A DNA stretch of 64,000 nt from Verrucomicrobiia bacterium. Lineage in GTDB: Bacteria > Verrucomicrobiota > Verrucomicrobiia > Limisphaerales > UBA1319. The DNA is taken from the NCBI GenBank assembly GCA_963664225.1, contig OY760937.1, positions 3,648,001-3,712,000 of the forward strand. The letters are read 5' to 3'. A program made the translations under genes and the position numbers. Below the pieces are notes generated by a model. The model searched no databases and had not been told where the DNA came from. It saw only the letters and a list, made by a program, of their open reading frames with translations. Positions 1 through 10,132 of this stretch are shown here, piece by piece; within the stretch, counting starts at the first letter, position 1, and every line of letters begins with the position of its first letter.

Positions 1-782
1 CGCGCCACCACAATGTAGGTTAATTTGCGCATTTCCAAAAACGTCACTAACGCCTCATCGAAGAACCCGCTGTCGGCACGCACGCACCGAATCCACGTTC
101 CCTCGGGCAACAGGGCCAATGCCTCCTGCAAAAACGGCACCACCCCGCGCGCGGCTCCGGTGTTGCCGCTGCGCAACCATCCATGCAGGATAAACGGCGC
201 TTCGGCCAGCACCGCCAGGAGCGGATGATGGCTCTTGCGCCCCTTGCGGCGTGGATTGTACCCCTTGGCAGCCCCCTCCTGCGAACCCTCCCGGCAGAAC
301 ACGGTCGAATCCAGATCCAACGAGAAGCCTGCCTTGGGGCAGGCCAGCAGATTGAGCAGCCATCGCCAGAGCGGTCGCCAGAACGCTTCGATGTGGCCCT
401 GGCCAAAGTGCAGGAAGAAGTTGCGGATGGTGTCATCGCCCGGGAAACGTTCCATCCCCAGCATGGCGTGCAGAACATGATCGGCACGCAGCCACTGACA
501 GTGGGCAAAGCGGCGTGCTCCCGCCACCACAGATACGATAAAACTGGTCAGCGTATGGGCTAGAGGAATGGCATTAGGTGAAGTGGGCGCGGCAAACGGC
601 AAGCACCGCTGCACCGCCTGCGCATAGCCGATCTGACCCAAAAAGGTTATGAATGAAGCCAGACCGCCGAAGGGGGTTATGGCCTTGGGAGTCTCATCCA
701 GATAGAGCTTGGCTTGGCCGAAAAGAGCGCTAATTTCGACTGGGGTCGTTTTGTGCGAGTCTGAAGCGGGCTTGTTTAGCAT
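1..782 (-). CDS. IS1380-family DDE transposase (5' part; runs off left edge)
   Basis: Absent from the ORF track because there is no stop in the window. Manual translation from ATG at 782: MLNKPASDSH...TPFGGL...FSLDLDSTVFCREGSQEGAAKGYNPRRKGRKSHHPLLAVLAE...WLRSGNT...VRADSGFFD. The LDxDST / GYNP / HPL / LRxGN / RADSGF motifs are typical of IS1380 transposases. Confidence 0.88.
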   Translation of the reverse strand, partial: MLNKPASDSHKTTPVEISALFGQAKLYLDETPKAITPFGGLASFITFLGQIGYAQAVQRCLPFAAPTSPNAIPLAHTLTSFIVSVVAGARRFAHCQWLRADHVLHAMLGMERFPGDDTIRNFFLHFGQGHIEAFWRPLWRWLLNLLACPKAGFSLDLDSTVFCREGSQEGAAKGYNPRRKGRKSHHPLLAVLAEAPFILHGWLRSGNTGAARGVVPFLQEALALLPEGTWIRCVRADSGFFDEALVTFLEMRKLTYIVVA

Positions 783-843
783 CAAACCCTATTGCCTCAG
801 AAGGTTGCGCATTGCGACCTCTTTTTCTATCTCGGAGTTCGGG
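1..843 (-). mobile_element. IS1380-family insertion sequence (one end in window)
   Basis: Transposase above. The minus strand reads CCCGAACTCCGAGATAGAAAAAG from 843, a CC-initiated end consistent with IS1380 termini. The other end is outside the window, so the IR pair cannot be confirmed. Confidence 0.7.
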
Positions 844-844
844 T

Positions 845-2819
845 GTGCGCCAGTGAAATTGGTAGCCTCGTGGGTGAAAGTCCCGCCGGTCGAATTAGAC
901 GGTTCACGACCGAAATGCAGCGTCCGGGACGAGGCCGTGAGGCCGAACCACAAGCGGGACGCTGAAAGAACTGTCGGGTCGTAACGAAAGTAAACCTCAT
1001 CAAATGAGCTCCGAAACCGAAATAACCGGTAAGCCGAGCCGCTACCCGAACGGCGAAGGCAGAAACGCGGCGTCATCAAATCGTCAAATGGGCGCTGTTG
1101 ATTCCGGCGGAGTCAGCGAGGGCGACACGACAGGAAGGGAAACCAAGGTAAGCTGGGAGATCTCTGGAGGCGGGGCGATAAAGCCTCAACCGCCGGTGCA
1201 AGGAGGAACACCCTCCGAGGCCGCACGGGCAGCCAGAGAAGTCGGAGTCTTCCATAGTAGCGAAGAAGCTGGGGCGACCAAAACCCCGGCGGAGCCAAGG
1301 GAAGGCACTTGGATCGAAGCGAATCAAAACAGCGAGGGACAGGGAGATGGCCTTGAGGGAGTGGAAACACTTTTTCAACGGATAACAACCCCGATAAAAG
1401 TTCAAAAGCTGCAGCGAGCGCTATATTGCAAAGCCAAGGCTGAGCCGAAGTATCGGTTTTACAGCCTCTACGGAGAACTGCTGCGGAAGGACGTGCTGGA
1501 AACGGCAATGGCCTCCGTGGCGCACAACAATGGCGCGGCTGGGATCGACGGGCAGACATGCGACGTCTATCTTGCCAGCGACGAAGCCTGGGACCAATGG
1601 CGGAACCAACTGCTGGAGGAGTTACGCACGAAGAAGTATCGGCCAAGCCCGGTGAAGCGTGTGTATATACCAAAAGGAGACGGGAAGCTGCGACCCCTGG
1701 GCATCCCGACAGTGAAAGACCGGGTGGTGCAGACAGCGGTGGTGATTGTATTGCTGCCGATTCTGGAAGCCGATAGTCATCCGAACAGTTACGCCTATCA
1801 TCCCAAACGCAATGCCCACCAAGCAATGGAGGCGATCAAGAAGGCTACGCTGACAGGACGCGTCGAAGTTATAGACGCGGACTTAAGCGGGTATTTTGAC
1901 AGCATTCCCCACAGGCGTTTGTTGCGCATAGTGGCCAAGCGGGTCAGCGATGGAACAATTCTCAAGCTGATCGCAGGATGGCTGCGCGCGCCCGTGAATG
2001 AACCGCAAAGCGACACAGGGAAAGGCGGGACAAAGGGGGGGCAAGGTCAGAATCGACGGGGGACTCCGCAAGGCGGGGTTGTATCGCCGATTTTAGCCAA
2101 TGCATACCTCAACCAGTTGGATTGGGAAGTCAACGAACGCTGCGAACTCAAACCCGTGATGGTGAGATACGCGGATGATTTCGTGATACTCGGACAGCCG
2201 GGGCAGGGACGGGAACTGATGGAACGACTGGAACGATGGCTGAAGCAACGCGAGTTAGTGCTCAACGAGAAGAAGACCCGCTTGGTGGACCTCCGCCAGG
2301 ATGGCATCAAATTCTTGGGATTCGCGCTAACAATGCGACAGGGGAAGGGGAAATGGAAATATCCGCATGTGGAACCCCATCCCAAGAGCCAGAAGAAGTT
2401 TCGAGACGGGATTCGGGAGAAACTCAACCGAAGCACGCTATGGCGTGATATCGGAGAGGTGATTCCCGAGCTCAACAAGAAACTCAAAGGTTGGAAGGGT
2501 TACTTTCACTACGGGAACAGCACCAAGGTGATGGGCCAGATGAACGAATACGTCAGCAGCAAGTTACAACGATGGTTGTGGCGCAAACACGGATGTAGTC
2601 GGGCGCAATGGTCCACATACCCCAAGGAGGATCTCTATGAGCGTTATGGTTTATACCAAATGCCGGAATATGCGGCATGGAAACGATGACGTCGAAGCGA
2701 TGCAACGTATGATCCCCGGAGAGCCGGATGCGGGAAAACCGCCTGTCCGGTTCGATGAGGGGCGAAATGCGACGGTCATTGGCCACGGCCATTCAATCCG
2801 TCCATTTCGCCTACTCTAC
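845..2819 (+). mobile_element. Group II intron (RT/maturase-encoding, no endonuclease domain)
   Basis: 5' GTGCG at 845 (alternative GTGTG at 843). Domain V GAGCCGGATGCGGGAAAACCGCCTGTCCGGTTC at 2721-2753 with AGC triad. Domain VI GGCGAAATG...CATTTCGCC-TACTCTAC ends in AC at 2819. Internal RT ORF. Confidence 0.92.
1361..2689 (+). CDS. ltrA: Group II intron reverse transcriptase/maturase
   Basis: KVQKLQRALYCKAKAEP (RT0), RPLGIPTVKDRVVQ, DADLSGYFDSI, GTPQGGVVSPILAN, RYADDFV, FLGF, and domain X (LKGWKGYFHYGN). No C-terminal HNH. Start uncertain: GTG 1361 chosen; the track start at 1004 lies in intron RNA domain I. Confidence 0.93.
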   Translation: METLFQRITTPIKVQKLQRALYCKAKAEPKYRFYSLYGELLRKDVLETAMASVAHNNGAAGIDGQTCDVYLASDEAWDQWRNQLLEELRTKKYRPSPVKRVYIPKGDGKLRPLGIPTVKDRVVQTAVVIVLLPILEADSHPNSYAYHPKRNAHQAMEAIKKATLTGRVEVIDADLSGYFDSIPHRRLLRIVAKRVSDGTILKLIAGWLRAPVNEPQSDTGKGGTKGGQGQNRRGTPQGGVVSPILANAYLNQLDWEVNERCELKPVMVRYADDFVILGQPGQGRELMERLERWLKQRELVLNEKKTRLVDLRQDGIKFLGFALTMRQGKGKWKYPHVEPHPKSQKKFRDGIREKLNRSTLWRDIGEVIPELNKKLKGWKGYFHYGNSTKVMGQMNEYVSSKLQRWLWRKHGCSRAQWSTYPKEDLYERYGLYQMPEYAAWKR

Positions 2820-4058
2820 TTAACCGTCAACAACAACCGATTCTCTGGATTCCTTGAAGATCCGTTTTTTATCATTCAATCACCTACCGGCCAACAGACG
2901 CAAATACGGCGGGAAAAAGTCGGCAAGGTCGTCTTTGCCAATCACAGCGCGGCGCCTGCCGGGATGCGACAAGGTCACTATATACGCCTTAAAAATGGCG
3001 ACTGGTGCAGCGGCGAGATGACATCGGAGTCTCTGACTTTAACAACTCCAGGCGGTAAGGAATCGTTCGATAGGATGACCATCAAATCGCTTGTATTCAC
3101 AGCGAGCACCCCTCCGCTCGCCATCGTCACGCCGCGCACGGGCGGAACCGTTCAAGGCAAATTGGACGTGGAAGACATATCGATACAGTTGGATGTGGGG
3201 CCGGTGATCGTCATTTACAGGGATAAGATTCAAAGCATTAGCGATGAGTTTTCCCCGGTTCCCACCAGCGCAGCCGCACTCACCGCTTCTCATGAAGCCG
3301 ATGCTCCAACGCAATCGGGCAGGATCGCATCCCAGCCAGGAACCACGAACATCGAAGGAATGGTTTGGATTCCAGCCGGCGAATTCAACATGGGCAGCCC
3401 CATCGACGAGGCGGGACGCGATGGAGACGAGGGACCAGTGACCCATGTGATCATTCCGCACGGTTTTTGGATGGGCAAATGCGAAGTGACCCAGGGCGAA
3501 TACCAGGCGGTCACGGGAAAGCGCCCGAGCAACGCCAGAGGCGAAACGAACGGACCGGTTGAAAAAGTAAGCTGGTACGACGCGATGCAGTATTGTGCCC
3601 AGCGAACACAGCAGGAGAATCTGGCGGCGAAACTGCCTGAAGGCTATGCCTATCGTCTGCCCACCGAGGCCGAATGGGAATATGCCTGCCGGGCGGGGAC
3701 ATCCACGCGCTATTGTTACGGTGACGACAAGGGCGAATTTCGACTGGGCGAATATGCCTGGTTTCTGCGCAATGGCGGTTCGATGACCCACCCCGTGGGA
3801 CTCCTTAAGCCCAATGCCTGGGGCCTCCATGACATGCACGGCAACGTTTGGGAGTGGTGCTTTGACCGCTGGCAGAGCATCCTGCCGGGCGGCAGCATCA
3901 CCAACCTCCCGGTTGCCGGCGAAGGTTCTCTGCGTGTGGCGCGCGGCGGTTCCTGGCTCTATGAAGGGAAGGCATGCCGGTCCGCCAACCGGGATGATTA
4001 CGGCCCATCAAACCGTTGCAGCGATGTCGGATTCCGAGTCGTTCTGGCCCCGCTTTGA
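2820..4058 (+). pseudogene. 3' exon of an interrupted gene: repeated small beta-domains plus C-terminal formylglycine-generating-enzyme (FGE-sulfatase) domain
   Basis: Frame resumes at TTA 2820 right after the intron. FGE motifs IPAGEFNMGS, EVTQGEY, RLPTEAEWEYACRAG, PNAWGLHDMHGNVWEWC, RGGSW, GFRVV. The 5' exon is separated by the IS and not in the window. Confidence 0.8.
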
Positions 4059-4198
4059 CGGGACCTGGCGATCAACACGCATTTTTCCCTCCTTAACCGC
4101 CCCGCCAAGGCTTGCTTGTCCGGATTGCTCTGTCGAATAAAGTTGAAAAAATCCGAATTTAAAAAAGAATCGGTACGTCGAACCTGATTGGACTGCAA

Positions 4199-5449
4199 AT
4201 GAAGAAGTGGATTGTCATATTTATTGTCGTAGCCGTGGTGGCCACTGGAGCTTTTTACAAGCTGCGTAACAGCAAAGCTTTAGGAGTTTCAGTTGCCGAA
4301 ACTGCGCGGCCCACCACCGCGGTCGTCGGGTACACGAACATTCTTTTTGCCATTACCGCCGCTGGCGATATAGGCCCTGCCGATCAAGTCTCCGTGCGAC
4401 CGGAAATCAACGGATTGATTCAGGATTTGCCCGTGGATATCGGCGATAAAGTCAAAAAAGACAGCATTCTGTTCACCTTTAACGATAAAGAACTTCAGAC
4501 ATCGAAGAAATCCCGTCTGGCTGAAATAGCAGGTGCCCAACTCCAATTGGAAAAATCCGAGCGGAATTATAAACGCAGCCAACTTCTTTTTAACGAAAAA
4601 TTGGTTTCGCAGGAAATTTTCGACGACAGCAAAACGGATTTTGAGCTGGCGAAAAATGCGCTGGAACGGGCGCAAACCGTGTTACATCAACTGGAAGAGC
4701 AACTTACAAAGACAAAAATTCTGGCTCCCTTTGACTGCACGGTTCTCACACGTCCGGTTTCCGTGGGGCAGGCGGTTTCCGGATCGGGTGGATTTAACAG
4801 CGGAACGGAAGTGATGACGATTGCGAATCTGAACGACATGATCATCAACACCCACATCAACCAGGCGGATATCACGCGGTTGAAGGTGAGCCAGGAGGTG
4901 GCCATCGAGGTGGAGGCCGTGCCGGGAATGAAACTCAAGGGCGTAATCGAACGTCTTGCGCCGCAAGCCACTGTGCGCAACGGCATCAAGGGTTTTGCGA
5001 CCCGGATCGCTTTGAAAGAACTGGATACGCGAGTGCGTCCGGGCATGACCGCGAACCTGTCCATACCGGTCGCCGCAGCCGATAATGTGCTCACCGTTCC
5101 TCTTTCTGCGGTGTTCACGGAGGAGACCGAGCGGTTTGTGCTGGTGAAAAAAGAAGATGGGACGCTGGATAAGCGGCCCGTGACGATAGGAGTGGCGGAT
5201 TTTTTCCAGGTGGAGATTCAAAGCGGATTGAAGCCTGGCGAAGTGGTTCTGATCGAGCCACCTGCGAATTTGGAAGGGGAACTGGCAGCCGCTTCAAAAC
5301 CCGGAGATACGAAGGGAATCGGGCGTCCTTTGGGGAGCCTGGGGTTGACGAGCACAGCCTCCGCAGCCACGGTGCCAAAAACCAATCTGGCCATCGCAAA
5401 GAGTCCCGCTTCGACCAACCGGCCTGCGACAACTCCAGCGGCCCGCTAA
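4199..5449 (+). CDS. Efflux periplasmic adaptor (MacA/HlyD family membrane fusion protein)
   Basis: N-terminal TM, lipoyl half-motifs (VDIGDKVKK; ILAPFDCTVL..VGQAV), coiled hairpin, RPGMTANLSI; upstream of an ABC ATPase and permeases. Confidence 0.9.
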   Translation: MKKWIVIFIVVAVVATGAFYKLRNSKALGVSVAETARPTTAVVGYTNILFAITAAGDIGPADQVSVRPEINGLIQDLPVDIGDKVKKDSILFTFNDKELQTSKKSRLAEIAGAQLQLEKSERNYKRSQLLFNEKLVSQEIFDDSKTDFELAKNALERAQTVLHQLEEQLTKTKILAPFDCTVLTRPVSVGQAVSGSGGFNSGTEVMTIANLNDMIINTHINQADITRLKVSQEVAIEVEAVPGMKLKGVIERLAPQATVRNGIKGFATRIALKELDTRVRPGMTANLSIPVAAADNVLTVPLSAVFTEETERFVLVKKEDGTLDKRPVTIGVADFFQVEIQSGLKPGEVVLIEPPANLEGELAAASKPGDTKGIGRPLGSLGLTSTASAATVPKTNLAIAKSPASTNRPATTPAAR

Positions 5450-5460
5450 ATTCCAAATTT

Positions 5461-6219
5461 ATGGCCCTGGTAGAGCTGCGCAACGTCAGTAAAATTTATA
5501 CCGTCGGCGATGAGGAAATCCGGGCGCTCGACGATGTGTCGCTGGATATCGGCCCCGGGGAATTCATTTCCATCATCGGACCTTCGGGCAGTGGAAAATC
5601 GACCCTGATGCACATTCTGGGTTGTCTGGACACGCCGACCAAGGGAACGATCTGTCTGGACGGAACGATGATTCACAACGCCACGCCCCGGCAACTGGCC
5701 TCGATTCGCAATCAGAAGATCGGGTTCGTTTTTCAGTTTTTCAATCTGCTGCCCAAGTTGAGCGTGCTTCAAAATGTGGAGCTGCCGATGGTGTATGCGG
5801 GGGCTTCGGCTGCCGAGCGGCGGGAGCGGGCCATGGCGGCGCTCAAGATGGTGGATCTGGAGAATCGCAGCAAGCATCGCCCCATGCAGCTTTCCGGCGG
5901 ACAGCAGCAACGCGCGGCCATCGCCCGGGCGCTGGTCAATAATCCACGCATTGTCTTTGCTGATGAACCCACGGGCAATCTCGATTCCCACACCGGCGAG
6001 GCCATTCTCACGCTATTTCACAAGTTGAGCACGGAGGGGCATACGATTGCGCTGGTCACGCACGATCCCGAGATCGCGGCGGTGACACCTCGGCGCATTG
6101 AGATTCGGGATGGAAAGATCGCCAAGAATGTCGATGCGCGGCTGGCGGGTTTGGATCGCACCGGCTTCACACTGCCCAAAGTCGAGGGTTCCGCCGCTGC
6201 GGCGCCCGGTCCCGCGTAA
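5461..6219 (+). CDS. ABC transporter ATP-binding protein (MacB/LolD-like)
   Basis: Walker [18 protein letters not shown] signature, [14 protein letters not shown]. Confidence 0.95.
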   Translation: MALVELRNVSKIYTVGDEEIRALDDVSLDIGPGEFISIIGPSGSGKSTLMHILGCLDTPTKGTICLDGTMIHNATPRQLASIRNQKIGFVFQFFNLLPKLSVLQNVELPMVYAGASAAERRERAMAALKMVDLENRSKHRPMQLSGGQQQRAAIARALVNNPRIVFADEPTGNLDSHTGEAILTLFHKLSTEGHTIALVTHDPEIAAVTPRRIEIRDGKIAKNVDARLAGLDRTGFTLPKVEGSAAAAPGPA

Positions 6220-6254
6220 GGATCGATGAAGGATCGGAATCGCCTCCCGCACAC

Positions 6255-7625
6255 ATGAATTTCTCGACCACCATCCTGATCGGCTTCAAGGAAATCTGGG
6301 CGCACAAGTTCCGCTCGCTCCTGACGATGCTGGGGATCATCCTGGGCGTGTCGAGCCTGGTGGCGATGTCGGCCATGGTGAAGGGGATGGAGAACGGGAT
6401 GAAAGAGGCGCTGATCGCGATCGGCGGCCTGGAAAAAATATCGGTCGAGGCGCAGGCGGTTCCTGTTTATCAAAAACATCTGGCGGATCAGGCCATGGGC
6501 GTGACGATGAATGACGTGTATGCGCTGCAAAAAAGCGCGCCGCTCGTCCGCTTGATCCAGCCGACCATGGGAATGCGGCAGCCGACGATCACGCGCGCGG
6601 GCAAGTCCTTCAATCCCTGGGTCTGCGTGGGCACCTGGCCGAGCGCGTTGGAGATGAATGAGCATGTCATCCAGTATGGGCGCATGTTCAATGACATCGA
6701 CGACGAGCAGGCGCGCAACGTGTGTGTGATTGGCACGGCGGTGCGCGACGCGCTGTTTGGCGATCCCGAGGAAACCGGCAGGGAGATCATTCCACTGGGC
6801 GAGCGAATCAACATCAACGGGCGTCTTTTCACGATCATCGGAATGTTTGAGCATTACGAGGGGGAACTGGAAAAGAAGCAGCGGTTGCTCGCCAGGGAAG
6901 CCGGTCCGGCCCCCGCAGCCACCGGTCCGGCGCGCCGTCGCGGCGGCGGTGGTGGGAATAACCGCCGGGGCAGCTTTGTTTTTTATCTGAAGAACGCCAC
7001 GGTTTACATTCCGCTGAACACCATGTGGGTGAAATTCAGGGCTTCCGCCGGCACGAACAACATTCCCGATCCGCGTCTGACCCTGTTGAACTTCAAGATT
7101 ACGGATGTGGAGAAGATGGAGCCGGCCTTGCAACAGGCGCGCAATGTGCTAATGCAAACGCACAAGGGCGTGGAGGACTTTTCGTTTCGCACGCAGGAAA
7201 GCTGGGCCGAGAACATCACCACCTCCATTCGCAATGCCCGGATGAGCGGGGGAATCATCGCGGCCATCAGCCTCATCGTCGGCGGCATCGGCATCATGAA
7301 CATCATGTTCGCGAGCATCACCGAGCGGATTCGCGAGATCGGAATTCGCAAGGCGATTGGGGCGACGACCTTCGCCGTGTTCATTCAAATCCTGGTGGAG
7401 AGCCTGGTGATCGCAATACTGGGCGGGATGGCCGGATTGGTGACGTCGTTTGGCCTGGTGCGATTGCTGGCGTATTTGTCGCCGGGAGACAACGCCCCGC
7501 AAATCACGGCGTTCTCCATGGTCATCGCCTTTGTGTTCAGCGCGGCCGTGGGCGTGCTGGCGGGGATTTTGCCGGCCATCAAGGCGGCGCGGTTGGATCC
7601 GATCTCCGCACTGCGCTACGAATAA
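6255..7625 (+). CDS. ABC transporter permease (MacB/FtsX family)
   Basis: RSLLTMLGIILGV; ISLIVGGIGIMNIM..SITERIREIGIRKAIGA; AARLDPISALRYE. Confidence 0.93.
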   Translation: MNFSTTILIGFKEIWAHKFRSLLTMLGIILGVSSLVAMSAMVKGMENGMKEALIAIGGLEKISVEAQAVPVYQKHLADQAMGVTMNDVYALQKSAPLVRLIQPTMGMRQPTITRAGKSFNPWVCVGTWPSALEMNEHVIQYGRMFNDIDDEQARNVCVIGTAVRDALFGDPEETGREIIPLGERININGRLFTIIGMFEHYEGELEKKQRLLAREAGPAPAATGPARRRGGGGGNNRRGSFVFYLKNATVYIPLNTMWVKFRASAGTNNIPDPRLTLLNFKITDVEKMEPALQQARNVLMQTHKGVEDFSFRTQESWAENITTSIRNARMSGGIIAAISLIVGGIGIMNIMFASITERIREIGIRKAIGATTFAVFIQILVESLVIAILGGMAGLVTSFGLVRLLAYLSPGDNAPQITAFSMVIAFVFSAAVGVLAGILPAIKAARLDPISALRYE

Positions 7626-7631
7626 CCCGCC

Positions 7632-8993
7632 ATGAACTTATTCAACGCCATCGTCGTCGGTCTGAAGGAGGTTTGGGCGCACAAGTTCCGCTCGTTCCTC
7701 ACCATGCTCGGGATCATCCTGGGCGTGTCGAGCCTTGTGGCGCTGGCGGCGACGCTCAACGGCATGGAAAATGGCATGAAAGAATCGATGATCGCCATGG
7801 GCGGCCTGGACAAGGTGCTGTTGCGCCAGCAGGAGGTGCCGGCGTATCAGGAGCACCTGGCCGATCAGGCCCCGGGACGCACCTTGCGGGATGTGAAGGC
7901 GCTCATGCATAACGCATCGCTGCTGCGGGTCATTTCACCGGAAATGGGGATCGACGAAGGTCTGGTTTCCCGCGGGGACAAGTGGACCGAGGCGTCGGAA
8001 GTCGTGGGTGTCTGGCCCGCGGCCCTGGACATGAATCTGCACGAGGTTCAATACGGCCGTTTTTTCACGCCGCTGGATGAGGAATTCGCCAACAACGTCT
8101 GTGTGATTGGAACGGGCATCCGGGATGAATTATTCGGATCCCCCGAGGAGACCGGGCGCGAGATCATTCCCACCAACCAGGTCATTCGCGTCTGCGGCCA
8201 GTTGTTCACCGTGGTCGGGATGTTCAAGCAATACGAGAGCGAGCAGGACCGGAAGACACGCGAACTGGCGAAGACGCAGAAGAAGGTCGAGCAGGTGCAG
8301 AGCGGTCCCCCGCGGCGGCGCGGCTGGGGCGGGCGCGGCGGCTGGGCGTTCCGGCGCAAGAATAACACCGTGTATATGCCGCTCAACACCATGTGGCTGC
8401 GGTTTCGTTCCGCCACGGGCGACACCGATGTGCCCGATCCCAAGCTGACCGACATCGATTTGAAAATCGTGAGCATGGACAAGATGGAACCGGCGCTGCA
8501 ACAGGCCCGCAACATTCTCATGATTTCCCATAACGGCATCGAGGATTTTACTTTTGGCACGCAGGAAGGCGCCACGGAAAATATCAACAACGCCATGCGC
8601 AACGCGCGCATGAGCGGGGGAATTATCGCGGCCATCAGCCTCATCGTGGGCGGCATCGGCATCATGAACATCATGCTGGCCAGCATCACGGAGAGGGTGC
8701 GCGAGATTGGATTGCGCAAGGCCATCGGTGCGACCGACGTGGCGGTTTTTACGCAGATATTGGTCGAGAGCGTGGTGATCGCGGTGCTGGGCGGGCTCTT
8801 CGGTCTGGCCACCTCCTACGGGCTGGTGCATCTGCTGGAGGTGCTCACCCCCGCGCAAAACTCGCCGGTGATCTCCCTGCAATCGATGCTGTTCGCCTTC
8901 GCTTTCAGCGCCGTGGTGGGCGTGCTCGCGGGGATCTATCCCGCGGTGAAGGCCGCCCGGCTCGATCCGATCCAGGCCCTGCGCTACGAGTAG
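7632..8993 (+). CDS. ABC transporter permease (MacB/FtsX family), paralog of upstream gene
   Basis: Same motifs: RSFLTMLGIILGV, GGIGIMNIMLASITERVREIGLRKAIGA, LDPIQALRYE. Confidence 0.93.
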   Translation: MNLFNAIVVGLKEVWAHKFRSFLTMLGIILGVSSLVALAATLNGMENGMKESMIAMGGLDKVLLRQQEVPAYQEHLADQAPGRTLRDVKALMHNASLLRVISPEMGIDEGLVSRGDKWTEASEVVGVWPAALDMNLHEVQYGRFFTPLDEEFANNVCVIGTGIRDELFGSPEETGREIIPTNQVIRVCGQLFTVVGMFKQYESEQDRKTRELAKTQKKVEQVQSGPPRRRGWGGRGGWAFRRKNNTVYMPLNTMWLRFRSATGDTDVPDPKLTDIDLKIVSMDKMEPALQQARNILMISHNGIEDFTFGTQEGATENINNAMRNARMSGGIIAAISLIVGGIGIMNIMLASITERVREIGLRKAIGATDVAVFTQILVESVVIAVLGGLFGLATSYGLVHLLEVLTPAQNSPVISLQSMLFAFAFSAVVGVLAGIYPAVKAARLDPIQALRYE

Positions 8994-9001
8994 TTTGGGG
9001 T

Positions 9002-9262
9002 TCAGTTGAGAGCGCTGAAATTGTTAAGGACTTCTGACCAGTAGCGCCAGCCCAGCAACAACCCTCCCAAAACGACTAGCCCCAGCGTTCCCGGCTCTGG
9101 ACCCGGCTGGATGATGGTGAGCGTTCCCGCGTAGAATCCGTCGCCGCCATATACCATTGCACTATCGAGCACTTCAGTCGTGTTGTTAATGTTCGCGAAT
9201 TCGCCTCAGCTAAAGACGGGATATTGATAGACCTGACCGATGTGCTGACTCTTTTAGCCTGG
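9002..9262 (-). pseudogene. 3' remnant of a PEP-CTERM protein gene
   Basis: Manual translation ...GQVYQYPVFS*GEFANINNTTEVLDSAMVYGGDGFYAGTLTIIQPGPEPGTLGLVVLGGLLLGWRYWS...*. PEP + hydrophobic helix + WR; in-frame TGA at 9206-9208; 5' end lost at the REP element. Confidence 0.7.
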
Positions 9263-9362
9263 TATCCCGAAGGGATTAAATCAATTAGCCCGGGGTTGCG
9301 AGGAACGAGCTACCCCGGGTGGCGTCCTTATGGCGTCTCCAACACTGTAAGTGTTGAATCAA
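9263..9362. repeat. REP-like extragenic palindromic element (copy 1)
   Basis: TATCCCGAAGGGATTAAATCAATTAGCCCGGGGTTGCGAGGAACGAGCTACCCCGGGT...AACACTGTAAGTGTTGAATCAA; closely similar to 21602-21702. Confidence 0.75.
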
Positions 9363-9481
9363 TTCCAGTTGGGCTTTGGAAACCAGCCCTTCCTGACGTT
9401 TTTTGTCATACGCCTGCAACGCCTGGACGTGATAAAAAGTCATAAAAACTAGAACCCGATTCCCAGCCTCTTTGAGAGCCG

Positions 9482-10132
9482 CTATGGTATAGCCAGGCGA
9501 TTCGTGGCGCCATCGAGAACCATGATGGTGGCGCCAGCTCTGGCATTACTGAGTTGACTCACACTGCCGTCAGCGAAGGCAACGTTTCCTTTCTCAGAAT
9601 GCATTTCCTTGTTCCAGCCGATGGTGGAGTTGGTTGTGATATTAATCCACCGACTGTTGGCCGGTGCAATGTTGGTAAGATTTCGGTCTCCAGACATCAC
9701 AGCGGAAGGGAAATCCTGCCGTGCATCCAGGTTTAAGAAATAACTGACATTTGCCTCGGTCAGGCCGGATGAAAAAGTGGTTGCTCTACGTTTGGTCTTG
9801 TCTGCAGGACAACGCAGGATATACGGCGTGCTCAATTCGTTGGACATGACCAGGAAATGCGGGACGACCGAACCGTTGGTGGTCCATTCCATGGTGCCTC
9901 CATTGGTCACGGATACCTGCATTGGATAATTTTCGTAGTGGTCTGTGGCCCAGACCCGAAAAGACAGACCCACATTTTTTAAAAAGCTGATGCATCTTAT
10001 CCTTGATGCTTTGGCTTTTGCATTTTGGAGCGCGGGCAAGAGAATTGCCGCCAACAGCGCCAGACACGCGACGGTGACGAGAAGTTCGGTTCTGGTAAAC
10101 GCCTTTGTCAGTCTGGTTCGTGCCGAGCGCAT
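9482..10132 (-). CDS. Prepilin-type N-terminal cleavage/methylation domain protein with H-X9-DG motif (PVC pseudopilin-like)
   Basis: KAFTRTELLVTVACLALLAAILLPAL..AKAKASRIRC N-terminus; C-terminal HSEKGNVAFADGSV. Confidence 0.88.
   Translation of the reverse strand: MRSARTRLTKAFTRTELLVTVACLALLAAILLPALQNAKAKASRIRCISFLKNVGLSFRVWATDHYENYPMQVSVTNGGTMEWTTNGSVVPHFLVMSNELSTPYILRCPADKTKRRATTFSSGLTEANVSYFLNLDARQDFPSAVMSGDRNLTNIAPANSRWINITTNSTIGWNKEMHSEKGNVAFADGSVSQLSNARAGATIMVLDGATNRLAIP

Noticed and set aside
1004..2689. RT as retron, DGR or defence-associated RT
   Set aside because: It has group II intron RT0 and domain X, and is embedded in a ribozyme with GUGYG start, domain V and domain VI.
2637..2819. 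N-terminus of the 473-aa ORF in the track
   Set aside because: This stretch is the RT C-terminus plus intron domains V-VI; in-frame read-through is incidental.
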